Shown here: positions 1-8,361 of the stretch, piece after piece
Layout: each line of letters starts with the position of its first letter
Numbering within the stretch: position 1 is the first letter of the stretch
From: Lacisediminihabitans sp.
GTDB lineage: Bacteria > Actinomycetota > Actinomycetes > Actinomycetales > Microbacteriaceae
Direction of reading: 5' to 3'
DNA length: 64,000 nucleotides
Assembly (NCBI RefSeq): GCF_043726815.1
Contig: NZ_JAYSJZ010000103.1
Span: forward strand, 9,870 to 73,869
Made by a program: the position numbers and the translations under genes
Notes under the pieces: generated by a model
Databases searched by the model: none
What the model was told of the DNA's origin: nothing
What the model saw: only the letters and a program-made list of their open reading frames with translations

Positions 1-986
1 CCGAGCTGATCGGCAAGAAGCCGAAGGCCGGCGACGAGCAGGTCGAGGTGCCATGGACCGGTCCGACCGACGGCACCGTCGCGGGCTTCGGTGGGCATCC
101 CGGCGGTTTCGTGATCGGCGGCACGGCCTGGACGTTCAGCAACGCGAGTTCGGTGCCGCGCGGCTCGCTCGACCTGCTCGTGGTCGACGAGGCCGGGCAG
201 TACTCGCTGGCCAGCACCATCGCCGCCGCGGTGTCGGCGCAGCGCCTGCTTCTGCTCGGCGACCCGCAGCAGCTTCCGCAGGTGAGCCAGGGCACGCATC
301 CCGAACCGGTCGACGTGTCTGCGCTCGGCTGGCTCGCCGACGGGCACCAGGTGCTGCCGCCCGAATTCGGCTACTTTCTCGACACGAGTTGGCGCATGCA
401 TGCCGCGGTGTGCGCGCCGGTGTCCGCGCTCTCCTACGAGGGCAAGCTGCTCTCGCACCCCTCTGACCGCCGCCTCGACGGGGTCGAGCCCGGCCTGCAC
501 CCGGTGGCCGTGCCCCACGTCGACAACTCGACCTCGTCGATCGAAGAGGCGGATGCCGTGGTCGCTCTCGTGCGGAACGTCATCGGCAGGCCGTGGTCGA
601 GCGGCGGCACGACCGCGCGCCTCGCCGAGGACGACGTGATCGTCGTGGCCCCGTACAACGCCCAGGTCGCGCTCCTGCGCACGGCCCTGAGCGCCGCCGG
701 GCTGGGGGATGTGCCGGTCGGCACCGTCGACCGGTTCCAGGGCAAGGAGGCCGCGGTCTCGATCGTCTCGCTCGCCGCGTCCTCAGCGGACGACGTGCCC
801 CGCGGACTCGAGTTCCTGCTGCTGGCGAACCGGCTCAACGTGGCGATCTCCCGCGCGCAGTGGGCCGCCTACCTCGTCTATTCGCCGGCGCTCACCGAAT
901 ACCTGCCGCCCACGCCGGAGGGGGTCGCTCGACTGAGCGCGTTCATCACCCTCGTGGAGCCGTCGGCCACGCCGCGGACCGAGTAG
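1..986 (+). CDS. Superfamily 1B (Upf1/DNA2-like, AAA_12-type) helicase, C-terminal part; the 5' end lies upstream of the window
   Basis: The frame is open from nt 3. Helicase motifs are present: LLVVDEAGQ (motif II), TVDRFQGKEAAV (motif V), RLNVAISRAQ (motif VI). Third-codon positions are GC-rich. Confidence 0.85.
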   Translation, partial: ELIGKKPKAGDEQVEVPWTGPTDGTVAGFGGHPGGFVIGGTAWTFSNASSVPRGSLDLLVVDEAGQYSLASTIAAAVSAQRLLLLGDPQQLPQVSQGTHPEPVDVSALGWLADGHQVLPPEFGYFLDTSWRMHAAVCAPVSALSYEGKLLSHPSDRRLDGVEPGLHPVAVPHVDNSTSSIEEADAVVALVRNVIGRPWSSGGTTARLAEDDVIVVAPYNAQVALLRTALSAAGLGDVPVGTVDRFQGKEAAVSIVSLAASSADDVPRGLEFLLLANRLNVAISRAQWAAYLVYSPALTEYLPPTPEGVARLSAFITLVEPSATPRTE

Positions 987-1069
987 CGCGCGCACCGAGT
1001 AGCCCGCCGTACGGGCCCCGCGTGCTCCGCCGCCGAGCGAAGGGGCACGGCTCGGGGCTACTATCGGGC

Positions 1070-1996
1070 ATGGCTCACCTCACCGACTACGGGCAGACCA
1101 TCGCCGCCGTCACCGCCGGCATCTCCCACCTCATCGCCGGTACGACGGCCCCGGCAGAGGTCACGGCGCGGATGCCGATCGCCGCTCGGGCCGGCCAATC
1201 CGGGGCATCCGTCAACCTGTTCCTCTACCAGGACGCTCCCACCCGCTACCGTGCCGGCGGCGAACCCGACAGCCCCGGCGTCGTCATCGGCACCGAGTTG
1301 CGCTACCTGGTCACCGCGTACCCCGCACACAAGAGCGATCCAGACGCCTCCAGCCAGGTGCTCTACGGGGCGTCGCGGGCCGCGGTGGAGAACAACCCGG
1401 TGATGTCCGTGACCCTGGCGTCCGGCATGGTTCGGCAGGTTCGCCTCAGCACCACCTCGCTCGGAATCGTCGAGCACACCGCGCTCTGGATCGCCTCCGA
1501 CGCGGCAATTCGCCTCTCGTTCGTGATCGTCGCGACGGTCGACCTCAGCACCGTCGGCGTGCGGTCGGCCACCGCTTCGATCGCCGACCTCACCGCCGTC
1601 GCCGCCCCCGGAGTGATCGCCGTGCTGTCCGGCGCGGATGCCGCGGCAAAGCCCGCGGCGGCAGCCGCCATCGCGACGACGCTCGGGCGTCCGCTGCTCG
1701 AGGTGGACCTGGGCCAGGTCGTGAGCAAGTACATCGGCGAGACCGAACACAACCTCGCCGGGCTGTTCGAGCGCGCCGATCGCGGCGGCGCCATCCTGTT
1801 CTTCGACGAGGCGGACGCGCTCTTCGGCCGACGATCCGAGGTGCGGAACGCGCACGACCGCTACGCCGATGCCAACCCCGCGCGAATCCTGGACCTGCTG
1901 CGCCGGGCGCCCGGACCCGTGCTGGTCTCGGTCACTGCGGCCGGGGAGGCCCTGCTCGCCCGCCAGGCGATCGACGTGCCGTTCCCGCCGGACTGA
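1070..1996 (+). CDS. DUF4255 (Pvc16_N-like) domain fused to a degenerate AAA+ ATPase module
   Basis: ATG 1070 is in frame with ORF 593..1996. The N-terminal half carries the LFLYQ signature seen in DUF4255. The C-terminal half has VVSKYIGETEHNLAGLFERA and Walker B ILFFDEADALFGRR. The Walker A position reads SGADAAAKP instead of GPxGTGKT. Confidence 0.7.
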   Translation: MAHLTDYGQTIAAVTAGISHLIAGTTAPAEVTARMPIAARAGQSGASVNLFLYQDAPTRYRAGGEPDSPGVVIGTELRYLVTAYPAHKSDPDASSQVLYGASRAAVENNPVMSVTLASGMVRQVRLSTTSLGIVEHTALWIASDAAIRLSFVIVATVDLSTVGVRSATASIADLTAVAAPGVIAVLSGADAAAKPAAAAAIATTLGRPLLEVDLGQVVSKYIGETEHNLAGLFERADRGGAILFFDEADALFGRRSEVRNAHDRYADANPARILDLLRRAPGPVLVSVTAAGEALLARQAIDVPFPPD

Positions 1997-2008
1997 CGCC
2001 GGGCGCGA

Positions 2009-2833
2009 TCAGCGACTCGAGATGCCGTTGAGCATGCCCGAGATGAACCGGCGCTGCAGGAAGAAGTAGAGCAGCACGATCGGCAACGCCACGATCGTGC
2101 CCGCCGCGGCGAGAAGCGAGTACTCGGTGATGTGCTGCCCCTGGAAGAAGGCGAGGCCGAGGGGCGCTGTGCGCAGATTCTCGCTCGAGACCATGATGAG
2201 CGGGATCAGGAACTCGTTCCACGTCCACATCGCCACAAGCAGGCACATCGTGGTGATCGCGGGCACCGACGGCGGAACCACGATGCGCCAGAGCACGCGC
2301 AGGTCGCTCGCGCCATCCATCTTTCCGGCCTCCATGATCTCGCCCGGGAAGGTGCGGAACTGATTGCGCATCCAGAACACCCCGAAGGCGAGCGACTGGG
2401 CGGTCTGCGGCAGGATCAGGGCCCAATAGCTGTCGGTGAGGCCGGCCCCGCGCAGGTCGTAGTAGAGCGGGATGATGAACGCCTCGGCGGGGAGCATCAG
2501 TCCGGCCAGCAGGAGGAAGAACAGCACGTTCTTGCCCGGAAAGTGCAGGCGCGCGAAGGCGAATCCGGCGAAGATGCTCAGGATGCTCGTGAGGATCACG
2601 ACGGAGATCGTCACGGTGAGGCTCGAGCGGAGGTAGGTGGAGAACTGGCCGCGATTCCACGCCTCGACGAAGTTGCCGAGGTCGATGCTCGACGGCAGGT
2701 GGAAGCCGGCCTGCGGATCCGTCGTCGGGGTCACCGCCGACAGCAGCACCCCCACCATCGGCACGACGGCGAAGAGGCTGAAGACTCCGAGCACCAGGTA
2801 GTTGAGCACGGCCTCCCGGCGAGCGATTCTCAT
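2009..2833 (-). CDS. Carbohydrate ABC transporter permease (MalG/UgpE-like)
   Basis: ATG at 2833 overlaps the stop of the upstream permease (ATGA). The product is multi-TM with the EAA-loop region EAGKMDGASDLRVLWRIVVP. Confidence 0.9.
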   Translation of the reverse strand: MRIARREAVLNYLVLGVFSLFAVVPMVGVLLSAVTPTTDPQAGFHLPSSIDLGNFVEAWNRGQFSTYLRSSLTVTISVVILTSILSIFAGFAFARLHFPGKNVLFFLLLAGLMLPAEAFIIPLYYDLRGAGLTDSYWALILPQTAQSLAFGVFWMRNQFRTFPGEIMEAGKMDGASDLRVLWRIVVPPSVPAITTMCLLVAMWTWNEFLIPLIMVSSENLRTAPLGLAFFQGQHITEYSLLAAAGTIVALPIVLLYFFLQRRFISGMLNGISSR

Positions 2834-3765
2834 TCGACTTCCTCCGGCTGGATCTTCTGGATGACGGCGGTGATCACGAGGATGAGCACGCTCAGCCCGA
2901 TCGCGACAGCCGCCGCCGAGCCGACCTGACCGGTGGTGAATGCCCGGTTGTAGGCCTCGAAGGCGGGCAGCGATGTGCTGTTTCCCGGCCCTCCCCTGGT
3001 GGTCACGTAGACGAGGTCGAAGGTCTTGAGCGCCGCGACCACGGTCAGAGTGAGGGCCACGGCGATCTGGCCGCGCAGGGCGGGGAGGGTGATGCTGAAG
3101 AACTCGCGAGCAGCGCCGGCGCCGTCCATGCGTGCGGCCTCGAACAGCTCCCGGGGGATGTTGGCGACGCCGCTCAGGAACAGCACGAGGCACAACCCGA
3201 TTCCGAGCCAGCTGCCGATGAGGCCGATTGCCGGAAGGGCGGTGTCGAAGTCGCCGAGCCACGCCCGGGTGATCGAGCCGAGGCCGATGGCGCGCAGCAG
3301 CTGGTTGGCGAGGCCCTCGGGGGAGTAGATCGAGATCCACGTCGTGGCGACCACGACCGACGAGACCACCTGGGGCAGGAAGAGCAGGGTTCGAAAGAAG
3401 GACATGCCCCGCAGGTGGGCGGCGCGGGAGATGACGGCCGTGAGCACGAGCGCCAGGGTCACCGGCACCACCGAGTAGAAGAAGATCATCACCCCGGCGT
3501 GCAGGAAGGAGTCCCGAAGCTTCGCGTCGGTGAAGAGGTCGACATAGTTCTTCAGGCCAACCCAGGTGGACGGCCCGATGCCGTTCCATTCGAAGAGCGA
3601 GTACTGCGCCGTCTGCAGCACGGGGATGCCGAGGAACACCGCGAACACCACGAAGGCGGGCAGCACGTACAGGTAGGCCTTCCACTGCACGCGCGGTCGG
3701 CGACCGGACCGGGCGCGAGTGGTGCTCGCGCCCGGTGCGGTGCGGTTCGTGGTTGCCAGGAGCAT
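2830..3765 (-). CDS. Carbohydrate ABC transporter permease (MalF/UgpA-like)
   Basis: 311-aa multi-TM ORF with EAA-loop ELFEAARMDGAGAAREFFSITLP. It is translationally coupled to the downstream permease. Confidence 0.9.
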   Translation of the reverse strand: MLLATTNRTAPGASTTRARSGRRPRVQWKAYLYVLPAFVVFAVFLGIPVLQTAQYSLFEWNGIGPSTWVGLKNYVDLFTDAKLRDSFLHAGVMIFFYSVVPVTLALVLTAVISRAAHLRGMSFFRTLLFLPQVVSSVVVATTWISIYSPEGLANQLLRAIGLGSITRAWLGDFDTALPAIGLIGSWLGIGLCLVLFLSGVANIPRELFEAARMDGAGAAREFFSITLPALRGQIAVALTLTVVAALKTFDLVYVTTRGGPGNSTSLPAFEAYNRAFTTGQVGSAAAVAIGLSVLILVITAVIQKIQPEEVE

Positions 3766-3766
3766 G

Positions 3767-4395
3767 CTAGCGACCGGTGAACGCGGCGTAGTCGGTCTGC
3801 AGCGTCGTGGCGAATTGCTGCGGTGTCGCCTTCCCGGCCGTGAGTTCCTGCACCGCCGCGGTGAGGGTGTCGTAGAAGGTCGGCGTTGAGTAATCGAGGT
3901 ACGGCACCAGTCCGGAGCTCGCGTTCACGCGCTTCCACTCGCTCGCGACATCCGCCGCGAGGGTGCCCTTGGCCGGCGCCCAGTCGGCGGGCGGCACGGT
4001 GGGGAGGTTTCCGGTGTCGACGAGAACCTGGCTGGCCTTCGCGTTGGTCACGAAGTCGATGTACGCCGCCGCGACATCCGGATGCTTCGTGGCCGAGGTC
4101 ATGGCCCAGGCCAGTCCCTCGCCTCCCGTGGTCACCGGAGTGGTCGAGCCGTTCGGACCGAGGGCGAGGAAGCCGGCGTCGGCCCCGAGTCCCTCGGTCA
4201 CTGTCTGCAGCTGCCAGGTTCCCGTGATGGTGAACGCCGCCTTGCCGGCCATGAAGGCGGCGAGGGCGTCGTCGCGTGAGATCCCGTTGGCATCCGGCGT
4301 GAGGTAGCCCTTGTCGACCCAGTTCGTGAGCATCGTGGCCGCCTCGACCGACTTCGCATCGGTCCAGGCGCCGCTCTTGGCGCGCACGAGATTGT
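3767..4395 (-). pseudogene. 5'-truncated extracellular solute-binding protein gene (only the C-terminal ~200 codons remain)
   Basis: SBP-like sequence (WTDAKSVEAATMLTNWVDKGY ... TLQTDYAAFTGR) begins immediately after the stop of the kinase gene at 4396. There is no signal peptide or lipobox. The rest of track ORF 3767..4843 is an Arg-rich out-of-frame read of the kinase gene. An internal ATG at 4333 would give only 188 aa. Confidence 0.65.
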
Positions 4396-5394
4396 TCACG
4401 CCCAGTGGCGAATCGTCGACCAGTCGCCGACCGGAGCCTCGGCGTCGAGGAAGCGCAGGATCTCGGCCGGGCGGGGCGCACTCGCCGCGCCGCCGAGGGT
4501 GCGCACCGAGAGCGAGGCGCAGAGGCAGGCGAGCCTCAGGCGCACGTCGAGGGGCCAGTCGAACCTCTCGGTCGCCATCAGCGAGGCCACGAAGACGTCG
4601 CCGGCGCCCGTCGGATCGATCGTGTCGACCGCGATCGCGTCCACCTCGGTGAGCGTGTCGGTGGCGCGTTCGAAGGCGACCACGCCTCGGGCGCCGCGGG
4701 TGACCACCGCGAGGCCGACGTACTCGCCGAGCGCCCGTGCCGCATCCTCGGCGGTGTCGGTGCGGGTGTAGCGCATCGCCTCGAGGTCGTTGGGCACGAA
4801 GACGTCGATCTCCCGCAGCCTGCGCAACACGGACGGCGACCACTCGCCGCTCGAATCCCAGCCGACGCCGCCGAACACGACGGTTCCCTGCTCCCGAACC
4901 CGCCGCACCCAGGCGGGAAGCTCGGCCTGCACTCCCACGTGGGTCGCCCCCACCGTCGGACCGCCCTCCGGCCAGTCGAGGGGCAGCGCATCCTCCTCGT
5001 AGGTGATGAAGCTGCGCTCGTGCTGTCCGGTGAGCGACACCGAGACCGGGCTCTGGAATCCGGGTACCCGCTTGAGCCAGGTGAGGTCGAGTTCCGGCTC
5101 GGCCGAGAGGATGTCGTCGACCCTGCTGCCGAGAGCGTCGTCGCCGAGTTGGGAGAGCAGGGCGGTGGATGCTCCGAGCCGCGAGGCGGCCACGGCCCGG
5201 TTGGCCGTGCCGCCCGGGGTGAGCATGAAGGCGTCGGCGAAAACCTCCGCCCCGGCCTCCGGCAGCGGGACGCCGGCGAACACGAGATCACAGAAGACCG
5301 ATCCCGCGAAGAGCAGGTCGAGGTGTGGCGTCGCGGCGGTTGCCGAGGTTTCACTGAGCACGAGACTCCAGGGGTATGAGATCGGCGCAATCAA
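4396..5394 (-). CDS. PfkB-family carbohydrate kinase
   Basis: N-terminal GG region LTPGGTANRAVAASRLG and C-terminal signature DPTGAGDVF are present. The exact start is uncertain (ATG 5394 or a downstream start). Confidence 0.85.
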   Translation of the reverse strand: MIAPISYPWSLVLSETSATAATPHLDLLFAGSVFCDLVFAGVPLPEAGAEVFADAFMLTPGGTANRAVAASRLGASTALLSQLGDDALGSRVDDILSAEPELDLTWLKRVPGFQSPVSVSLTGQHERSFITYEEDALPLDWPEGGPTVGATHVGVQAELPAWVRRVREQGTVVFGGVGWDSSGEWSPSVLRRLREIDVFVPNDLEAMRYTRTDTAEDAARALGEYVGLAVVTRGARGVVAFERATDTLTEVDAIAVDTIDPTGAGDVFVASLMATERFDWPLDVRLRLACLCASLSVRTLGGAASAPRPAEILRFLDAEAPVGDWSTIRHWA

Positions 5395-5464
5395 CGGTGA
5401 TCGAGTTTGCGCAGGTTTTATCCAGTCTGCGGATCTGATGTGACGATCGTACGTCGGAAATGCG

Positions 5465-5505
5465 TCAAGTTTGTAAAGTTTGACGATCTTGGTTCGGAAA
5501 CTTGA
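5465..5505. promoter_or_regulatory. Candidate DeoR operator: AAGTTTG direct repeats plus an inverted copy
   Basis: aagtttg occurs at 5467-5473 and 5476-5482, and the inverted aaacttg at 5498-5504. The site lies in the A/T-rich divergent intergenic region between the kinase and deoR genes. Confidence 0.3.
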
Positions 5506-5549
5506 TCATCAACGCGCAAACTCCTCCAACAATCGCCTAGGCTGATCCC

Positions 5550-6326
5550 ATGATCGGCAAACAGCGGCAGGACCGGATTGTCAAGGCGCTTCGCTCCGGC
5601 GGCGGCGCCTCGGTGAGTGAACTCGCCCTCGCGCTCGAGGTGAGCGAATCCACCATCCGTCGCGATCTCGATATGCTGGACCGCAACGGCGAGCTCACCC
5701 GCACCTACGGCGGAGCGGTGCTGCGCCCGGGCGAGACCGTGCGCGAACCGGGGGAGGATCCGCTCGAGGGCACCTTCGCGATCGACACCGACCTCGTTTT
5801 CAAGAAGGCGATCGCCCGGGAGGCGGCCGCACTCGTCGAAGACGAGAGCGTCATCATCCTGGACATCGGAACCACCACGCCCCTCGTCGCGCGTGAGCTG
5901 CGCGGTCGGCCGGTCACCATCATCACCAGCAACCTCGCCGTTCTCGACGAGCTGAGGGACGACACGACCGTGAGACTCGTGATGCTCGGGGGAGTCCTGC
6001 GACGCAACTACCGCTCTTTCGTCGGCTCGCTCACGGAACTCGCCCTCGCCCAGGTGAGCGCGGACATCGTGTTCCTCAGCTGCACCGGCGTGCGGGCCTC
6101 CGGCCATGTCGTCGACAACATGGCGGTCGAGGCCCCGATCAAACACTCGATGATCAAGTCGGCCGACAAGGTCGTCCTGCTCGCCTCCGAAGCCAAGTTC
6201 CCGGGCAACGGCGCCCTTCGGCTGTGCTCCCTTGCCGACGTCGACGTGGTCATCACCACGGCCGGCGCGAACGAGCAGACCCTGAACAAATGCCGCGAAG
6301 CCGGTGGAAAGGTGATCATCGCATGA
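5550..6326 (+). CDS. DeoR/GlpR-family transcriptional regulator
   Basis: N-terminal HTH VSELALALEVSESTIRRDLDML followed by a DeoR-type C-terminal sensor domain; 258 aa. Confidence 0.9.
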   Translation: MIGKQRQDRIVKALRSGGGASVSELALALEVSESTIRRDLDMLDRNGELTRTYGGAVLRPGETVREPGEDPLEGTFAIDTDLVFKKAIAREAAALVEDESVIILDIGTTTPLVARELRGRPVTIITSNLAVLDELRDDTTVRLVMLGGVLRRNYRSFVGSLTELALAQVSADIVFLSCTGVRASGHVVDNMAVEAPIKHSMIKSADKVVLLASEAKFPGNGALRLCSLADVDVVITTAGANEQTLNKCREAGGKVIIA

Positions 6327-7681
6327 AACTGTGCATCCTCGGCGGCGGAGGTTTCCGCACCCCGTACGTCTACCAGGCCCTGCTTCGCGACCGCGGGTTC
6401 CCGCGGGTGACGGAGGTGGCGCTCTACGACGTCGACGAGCACCGGCTCCGGTCGATGACGGCGATCCTCGAACAGTTCGCCGCGGGATTCGAGGACGCGC
6501 CGCGGCTCGTCCCCACCCTCTCCCTCGAGAGCGCGATCGAGGGCAGCGACTTCGTCTTCGCCGCGATCCGGGTCGGGGGACTCGAGGGCCGCCGTTGTGA
6601 CGAGCACGTCGCGCTGGACCTCAACGTGCTCGGTCAGGAGACGACGGGTCCCGGCGGCCTCGCCTACGCGATCCGCACCATCCCGGTCATGATGAACATC
6701 GCCAGGGTCGTGCGCGAACTCGCACCGAACGCCTACGTGATGAACTTCACCAACCCGGCCGGCATCATCACCGAGGCCATGCAGTCCGTGCTGGGCGACC
6801 GGGTGCTCGGCATCTGCGACACGCCATCCGGGCTCGGCCGCCGCGTCGCCGGGCTCCTCGGCCTCGACCACACCCGCGTTCAGATGGACTACGTGGGCCT
6901 CAACCACCTCGGCTGGATGCGCCGCGTGATGTACAACGGCGAGGACGTGCTGCCTCGGCTGCTCGCGGATGACGAGAAGCTCGGCCTGATGGAAGAGGGG
7001 CACGTGTTCGGCACGGACTGGATCCGCAGCCTGGGCGCCATCCCCAACGAATACCTGTACTACTACTACTTCAACCGCGACGCCGTGCGGAACATCGTCG
7101 ACTCGAAGATCACCCGCGGGGACTTCCTGGCGAAGACCCAGGGCGAGTTCTTCGACCGCGCCATCGCCGCGGGCGACGGGGCGGCAGAGCTCTGGCGGGA
7201 GACCGTCGAGACGCGAAGCGCCAGCTACATGGCCGAAGCGAAGGGCGGCGTGCAGGGGGCACCGACGAGCTCGCGCGAACACGAGACGGATCCCAGTCAC
7301 CAGGGCTACGCGGGCGTCGCGCTCGGTGTGATGGCCGCGATCACCCGCAACGAGCGGGCGACCATGATCCTCAACGTGCGTAACGGCACGACCATCCAGG
7401 GGCTCCCGGCGGATGCCGTGATCGAGGTGCCGACGACGGTGGACGCCAACGGCGTGCATCCGCAGACCACGGCGCAGCCGGAACTCGCCCAGATCGGCCT
7501 GATGCAGCAGGTGAAGGCGGTGGAGCGGCACACGATCGCCGCCGCGGTCACCGGGTCGCGCGACGAGGCCCTCAAGGCCTTCGCCCTGCACCCGTTGGTG
7601 GATTCCGTGACGGTGGCCCGAAGCCTGCTCGCCGGCTACATCGACCGCATCCCCGAGGTGGCCAGGGTGCTCACGCGCTAG
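6323..7681 (+). CDS. Glycoside hydrolase family 4 (6-phospho-glucosidase-like, NAD-dependent)
   Basis: ATG 6323 overlaps the deoR stop (ATGA). It has the Rossmann start KLCILGGGGFRTP and the GH4-like motifs NFTNPAGIITEA and GICDTPSG. Confidence 0.85.
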   Translation: MKLCILGGGGFRTPYVYQALLRDRGFPRVTEVALYDVDEHRLRSMTAILEQFAAGFEDAPRLVPTLSLESAIEGSDFVFAAIRVGGLEGRRCDEHVALDLNVLGQETTGPGGLAYAIRTIPVMMNIARVVRELAPNAYVMNFTNPAGIITEAMQSVLGDRVLGICDTPSGLGRRVAGLLGLDHTRVQMDYVGLNHLGWMRRVMYNGEDVLPRLLADDEKLGLMEEGHVFGTDWIRSLGAIPNEYLYYYYFNRDAVRNIVDSKITRGDFLAKTQGEFFDRAIAAGDGAAELWRETVETRSASYMAEAKGGVQGAPTSSREHETDPSHQGYAGVALGVMAAITRNERATMILNVRNGTTIQGLPADAVIEVPTTVDANGVHPQTTAQPELAQIGLMQQVKAVERHTIAAAVTGSRDEALKAFALHPLVDSVTVARSLLAGYIDRIPEVARVLTR

Positions 7682-8216
7682 GTGACGGGGTGGTCCTGGC
7701 CAGTTCGTCCGCGATCGAGGTCGCCCACGCATCAACCTCGTCCCAGTGGCGGAAGTCGCCCTCCGGCAGGATCTCGCGCACGGGTGGCAGCCGCCGCATG
7801 AGCCGGTCGCGGCCCGCGAGCTTGTCTGGATCGAGCACGCCGAAGAACACGTGCGATCCCCGCGGGGAGATCTCCCGCTCGAACTCGTCGATCTCCTTGG
7901 GCCGGGCCTCGGCCTGGACGTCCTTGCCGTTGACGTCCGTGCTTTCCGTGCCGAGCGGCCCGCTGCTGAACAGCCAGACGGGGCGGGCGGACAGCGTCTC
8001 GCGGTTGTGCCGCACGAACTCCGTGGCCTCCTTGCGCCAGGACCCCAGATAGACCGCGCTGCCGACGATGATCGCGTCGTAGCCGGCCGGGTCGCCCGCC
8101 GCCTCGGCGGGCACGGCGAGCGCGTTCTGGCCGAGATCGCGCAGCCTCCCGGCGATGCGCTCGGCGATCTCCTCCGTCGAACCGTACTTGCTCGCGTAGG
8201 CGACGAGAACTGACAT
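7671..8216 (-). CDS. Flavodoxin-domain protein (HemG-like size and layout)
   Basis: N-terminus VLVAYASKYGSTEEIAERIA is typical of the flavodoxin fold; 181 aa. The 3' end overlaps the GH4 gene convergently by 11 nt. Confidence 0.75.
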   Translation of the reverse strand: MSVLVAYASKYGSTEEIAERIAGRLRDLGQNALAVPAEAAGDPAGYDAIIVGSAVYLGSWRKEATEFVRHNRETLSARPVWLFSSGPLGTESTDVNGKDVQAEARPKEIDEFEREISPRGSHVFFGVLDPDKLAGRDRLMRRLPPVREILPEGDFRHWDEVDAWATSIADELARTTPSPSA

Positions 8217-8361
8217 GGCTCCTCCTCAGGCTCCGTGCACGGGCCACACGACCCGTCCCCACCCTGACAGCGTCAGAGCGCGGCAGACGGGCCGAAAGTC
8301 ACCCGTCGATCGCGAGCCGTAAGGCCCGTCTCCGTCGGCGAACGCCATTACGCTGGCAGCC

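Noticed and set aside
3767-4843. A 358-aa ORF that could be read as a full-length solute-binding protein.
   Set aside because: Only the last ~200 residues look like an SBP. The first ~150 are an Arg-rich out-of-frame read across the PfkB kinase gene, and there is no signal peptide.
6008-7735. A 575-aa minus-strand ORF antisense to the GH4 gene. Similar long ORFs include 8299..9957(-), 10790..12670(-), 20463..23033(+), 22168..23523(-), 48880..50442(-), 60031..61734(-), 62506..63918(+) and the N-terminal 480 codons of 60513..62585(+).
   Set aside because: They are Arg/Gly/Pro/His-rich low-complexity translations with poor third-position GC. They lie antisense or out of frame to genes with clear family motifs. 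These are typical open-frame artefacts of high-GC DNA.
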